From: Octopus vulgaris
Taxonomy: Eukaryota
Assembly: GCA_951406725.2 (NCBI GenBank)
Contig: OX597833.1
Span: 5,518,001 to 5,582,000 of the forward strand
DNA length: 64,000 nucleotides
Reading direction: 5' to 3'
A program made the translations under genes and the position numbers. The notes below the pieces were generated by a model. That model saw nothing but the letters and a program-made list of their open reading frames with translations, was not told where the DNA came from and made no database searches. Shown here piece by piece: positions 58,274 through 64,000 of this stretch. The number at the start of each line of letters is the position of its first letter. The stretch's first letter is position 1.

Positions 58274-58449
58274 TATTTCTTTATTACCCACAAGGGGCTA
58301 AACATAGAGGGGACAAACAAGGACAGACATAGGTATTAAGTCGATTACATTGACCCCAGTGCGTAACTGGTACTTAATTTATCGACCCCGAAAGGATGAA
58401 AGGCAAAGTCGACCTCGGCGGAATTTGAACTCACAACGTAACGACAGAC
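58274..58449 (-). mobile_element. SINE family B, TSD ctaccttacc
   Basis: TSD at 58264-58273 and 58450-58459. Confidence 0.85.
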
Positions 58450-58528
58450 CTACCTTACCACACACAGACACAGCACAAGCACAAACATATATACACACGC
58501 GCAATCTAATACTTAAATACACACACAT

Positions 58529-58597
<69 letters not shown>

Positions 58598-58804
58598 TAT
58601 CCAATTTTAAAACTGATGTAATACAGTGTTTAATAAAATGAAGTAGCATGAAACGATTGTACTACTCTACCTTGGATATACTTGTTGCTTATTTTGATTA
58701 TAATCACCCCATTTGATTTATATGGATAATAACATACTTAATTCTGGTGCCTTTAACTTAAGTACCATATTCATCTGAATCTAAATTTTGCAGAACTGTA
58801 TATA

Positions 58805-58880
<76 letters not shown>

Positions 58881-59228
58881 AATGTAAAAAAATACAAACT
58901 GGGACAAGAACGTGAAACATTTAGAAGAGGATACAAAAAACTCGGACGGGACATTCGAAGCCTTCGATCTTCAGTCAAGACCCGGATCATCTTCGCAATT
59001 TCGGCTGATTAATCTTGAGATTGCTCCGATCTGGCCAGCCCCAAAGGAAAATCTAAGCTAAGCGCATTAGATTCCTCGGAAGAAAGCCTCGAATGTATAC
59101 TAAACAAGGACGGGAAAACGGACGATGTTACACGAATAAGAATACAAAAATACGTAAAAACAATAATGAAAATAATAATAATATACACACTCATATGTAT
59201 ACAAATACATATCCATATACAACATACA

Positions 59229-59270
<42 letters not shown>

Positions 59271-59770
59271 TGTATATACATATATATACAGTCGCACGCA
59301 AGCTAAAACATAAACATGCATGCCAATATGATGTCTTTTCAAGAACTAATCAAGAAAAATCAAAATATTTTATTTCTAAAATCAATAACCTCCAACAACA
59401 AACAAACCAGTCGACTGTTTTCTATTTTGCTTTTGATAAAATTTCGCACCAATTGTTTTTCTTTTAAAGAAACTGCATTCATTTGAAGCCAAAGGCAAAT
59501 ATTTGTCCTTTTGGTTTCGATATCTACCCCTTTATTTGAAGTTGGGGTGTTAATGTTTTGCGTTGGGATTCCTTTTAATGCCTTGTCTCTAAAGGCGAGG
59601 ATCGTAATTTAGAAGGGGTCTTGGTGTAAAGATGGCGTAAAACTTCACATTCAAATAAGCGAATGAATGTGTGCTATCGGTATTGTTGATACACCCCAAC
59701 GTAAAACCTACATACACACATGCAAATACGTGTATGCTTATGTGTTTATATATCTTATACATACATACAT

Positions 59771-59827
<57 letters not shown>

Positions 59828-60080
59828 TGTATGTGTGTATAATGTACATATATATGCACATATATTGTTTTCATATATATTTATATATCCCCTCTCTCTC
59901 TTTCGGAGAGGCACTGAGCACCTACATGCACACATACACACACGGCAGTAACTTCCGCCTACCGAATTCAATCACATAGCTTCGGTCGACTCGGGGCTAT
60001 AGCAGAAGACACCTGTCCAAAGTGCCACGCAGTGGGACTGAACCTGAAACCATATAGCTAGGAATATATGTACATACATG

Positions 60081-60132
<52 letters not shown>

Positions 60133-60220
60133 TATATGTATATGTATGTATATGTATTCATATATGTATATATGCACATATATATTTATACATATATATG
60201 TATATATGTATATATATGTA

Positions 60221-60274
<54 letters not shown>

Positions 60275-60276
60275 CA

Positions 60277-60319
<43 letters not shown>

Positions 60320-61533
60320 GTACATATATTTATATATGAAGATGTATGTGTGTATGTATATATATGTGTGTGTTTGTATGTTTATATGTATGTATATACA
60401 TACATACATACATACATTTATAGGTCTCTTTTTATTAATTATGTTATTTTTCCTTATTTTCTTCTAGTTAATAAAAAAAAATCAAGACGAAACTCCATAT
60501 GAAACCGTTGTAATTATTATTTGCATGTTTGTTTGGTATTTCACCGATTCCAAAAATTCTCCCCTCCCGCATTCCAAATTTTTTTTTCTGTATAAACATG
60601 AATGCTTTGCGTTTTACACAAATATACATTCTACTGTGTAGCTTTAACATAGATTACGTGTCAGATAAGCCTCTTTGAACTTTTTACCTCTATAAAAACA
60701 TGTTTCAGTTTAATTGAATAACCATTTCCATTGTTATTCCAAGTGCTGTAAGCTGGTAGAATCGTTACAGCGTCAGAAAATATGACTGTTTGTGGTAATT
60801 TTTTACGGCACGGTAGCATTCTGAGTTCAAATCTTGCCGATGTCACTTTGACTTTTCCATTGGGGTCGATAAAATAAAGTAGTAGTGAAGTACTGCCATC
60901 GTTGGTATCGACCAATTCCGATCCGGGAAATTTGCTGATATTCTGTCTCTATCAGAAACCATTTAAAGAGTCGACTTGGCAGAACCGTTTGGTTGTTGGG
61001 AAAAAATGCTTTGCTTTATATTTTGCGTTCTAAGTTCAAATCCTGCCGGGGCCAACTTTGCTTTTCATCCCATCGGAGTTGATGAAATAAACGAACAGTC
61101 TAAGAACTGTGGAAGAAAGTGTCGACTAATTCCCCTCCCCTCAAAGTTATTCGCATTGTGACTAAATTAGAAGTGATTATTTCCTCATCAATACATTACC
61201 GAAAAGAAAAAAAAAATACTGCACGCTCCGTTCTGTAGACCACCAGACAAAAGACATTGCGGTGTTTGGTTCTGTCAATTTATGTCCTCAATTCGAATCC
61301 AGCCGAGATCAACTTCGCGTTTCACCTCTTCGGGGGTCGATAAAATAAAATAGCAGTCAAGCACTGGTGTTGATACAATCGACCAGCTGCTCACCCTTAA
61401 ATCGTTGGCCTTGCACCAAAATTGGGAATAGAATCGGAGAAGATGCTTTGAGGTATTTCATTTCTGATAATTTTAATCCCATATATTATTCCTAAAAATT
61501 GAAAATTTTTCGTGCATTCTACACCACAAAAAC

Positions 61534-61609
<76 letters not shown>

Positions 61610-61697
61610 AAATTTATATAAAATTTTTTATGTATTGAATTAAGTCTTTCTTTGTTTAATTTGCATAATAGTGGTTTTGTCTCTAATTAATATTATA

Positions 61698-61759
<62 letters not shown>

Positions 61760-62589
61760 CGTAAAGGTATTTCGTACGTAAGGCGTAAGATTGTGTATTT
61801 CTTACGTAAGATTGTGTAGCTAAATACTATATAAATAATGTTTCCTGTTGTGTTTTCTTCATACCTGACCTCTCAGCGGCTTCTTTACGCCTTATAGAAC
61901 TAATCTGAGATTCTGACAATGAGCTTTGTTATGAATGATGTCCATCTCACTTATTTTAAAGACTGGCTCTCATCTATTTTCCCCACAAAAGCTTTCAGTC
62001 ATCAAAACCACAATTATTTCTACGAAACGAATGAAATGTTCAAAAGAAGCTCTATGATTTGTTCAGGAATATGTCACGATTCCAACATCTGAATATAATG
62101 GTGGAAACTCCTAATCAAAAAAAAAAAGTGAAAGTAATTCGTCCTCATTTCTATAAATGGCAATTTCGTTCTTCGGATTTTAAGATGCTAAAAGCACAAC
62201 ATTGACAAATTAGTTCATTACCGCCGCACTTTGTATCTATAGAATCTGGAGAAGTGAAGACGTGTGGCCAAGTGGTTTGGGAGTTAAATTCAAGATCGGG
62301 ATATGATGCGTTCGATTCCGGGGCCGGCCGGTGCGTTGTGTTTTTAAGCGAAGCGCTTCATTTCATTTTGCTCCAGTCTACTCAGCTGCAAACGATTGAC
62401 CCAGCACTGGACTGCCTGGCGTCCCTTTCCTTGGGTATGTTGTGAACTCGGTCGCTTATACGCCTTCGAAACCGGGTAACCACCTCATTGGGTCATGGGA
62501 CCCGAGACAGTAATATTCAGAGGCTGCTGCTGCTGATGATGATAGAAATCAGGAGGGTCTTATTCGTTCACTCGCTGATTTTAATATCT

Positions 62590-63003
62590 GTTTCTTTACT
62601 ACCCACAAGGGGCTAAACACAGAGAGGACAAACAAGGACAGACAAACAGATTAAGTCGATTACATCGACCCAGTACATGACTGGTACTTAATTTATCGAC
62701 TCCGAAAGGATGAAAGGCAAAGTCAACCTCGGCGGAATTTGAACTCAGAACGTAGCGACGGGCAAAATACCTGCTTCTTTACTACCCTCAAGGAGCTAAA
62801 CACAGAGAGGACAAACAAGGACAGATAAACGGATTAAGTCGATTACATCGACCCCAGTGCGTAACTGGTACTTAATTTATCGACCCCGAAAGGATGAAAG
62901 GCAAAGTCGACCTCGGCGGAATTTGAACTCACAACGTAACGCATACGAAGTACCGCGAAGCACTTCACCCGGCGTGCTAACGTCTCTGCCACCTCACCGC
63001 CTT
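62590..63003 (-). mobile_element. SINE B dimer inside a single TSD (gattttaatatct)
   Basis: Two phased units; TSD at 62577-62589 and 63009-63021. Confidence 0.85.
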
Positions 63004-63422
63004 ATGCCGATTTTAATATCTTTTTGGTTGTCATATATCTTCACCATTTTCGCCGTTTCCATCATCCCCCCATCTATCCCCCCCCACTAATAATACATTT
63101 AGCTCAACTACATATATTTTGGAACAACACTTGTCTGATTTTTTCTCCCCAGACTTTTCAATTCTCTGTTCCCTAAATCCTCTCACCTCTACCCCGCCAA
63201 TTCTGCATCTTACCGTCGGTTGCGTCAGAATCTCTAATGAGCCGAATAATCTTCGCGATTCCGGATGTATTCCAGCAACCGATTCAACTTCCTTTCATTA
63301 AACACAAACCAGACATCACGCTGAAACATGGAATTAGGAGGGGTTTGTTTTTCTTTCCCTCACCTTCCCTCACACTTTCCTCCTACCACCGTGCGCGTGT
63401 GTGTGAGAGTATGCACATAAAG

Positions 63423-63476
<54 letters not shown>

Positions 63477-63569
63477 TTTTTATGTATATGTGTACACACA
63501 CACATAAATATATATTTATGTGTGTGTGTGTGTTATGTATTAAGCATGTAAGAATTTATACATATACAT

Positions 63570-63651
<82 letters not shown>

Positions 63652-63765
63652 CTATTATATATGCCCATACAAATACACACACACACGCTTAGATATATGT
63701 AAATTATATATTAATAGCTAACTATCCTCTAATATACAATATTTAATAATATTTGTGTGTGTGTA

Positions 63766-63840
<75 letters not shown>

Positions 63841-63868
63841 GCACACGTATGATATATACATACGTATG

Positions 63869-63937
<69 letters not shown>

Positions 63938-64000
63938 GTATACATATGTATATATATCAATATATACGTATGTTCGAGTGTAGGTATATAAGAGGGAGAG

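Overview
AT-rich, repeat-saturated animal genomic DNA. The SINE repertoire and the density of (TA)n, (CA)n, (TATC)n and triplet microsatellites suggest an octopus or other coleoid cephalopod (inference). Almost all ORFs in the supplied track are microsatellite artefacts. One real gene can be assembled by hand on the + strand: five phase-compatible GT-AG exons (37776-37983, 42776-42966, 43634-43804, 51352-51436, 52527-52731) encoding about 286 aa of a Shisa-family single-pass membrane protein. It has a six-Cys ectodomain, a TM helix with juxtamembrane Cys, a cytoplasmic tail with no PPxY motif, and a C-terminal -TYSI PDZ-type ligand. The signal-peptide exon could not be identified with confidence. 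The rest of the window is a retroelement ecosystem. Several tRNA-derived SINE families are built from swappable head, core and tail modules. 3' ends of two putative partner LINEs (CR1/L2-group and Tx1/L1-like, the latter sitting in (TATC)n) match the SINE tails. There are also phased SINE tandem arrays, Penelope-like remnants with minimal hammerhead-like motifs, a mariner relic, a hAT MITE, a long-TIR element and a ~335-bp palindrome.
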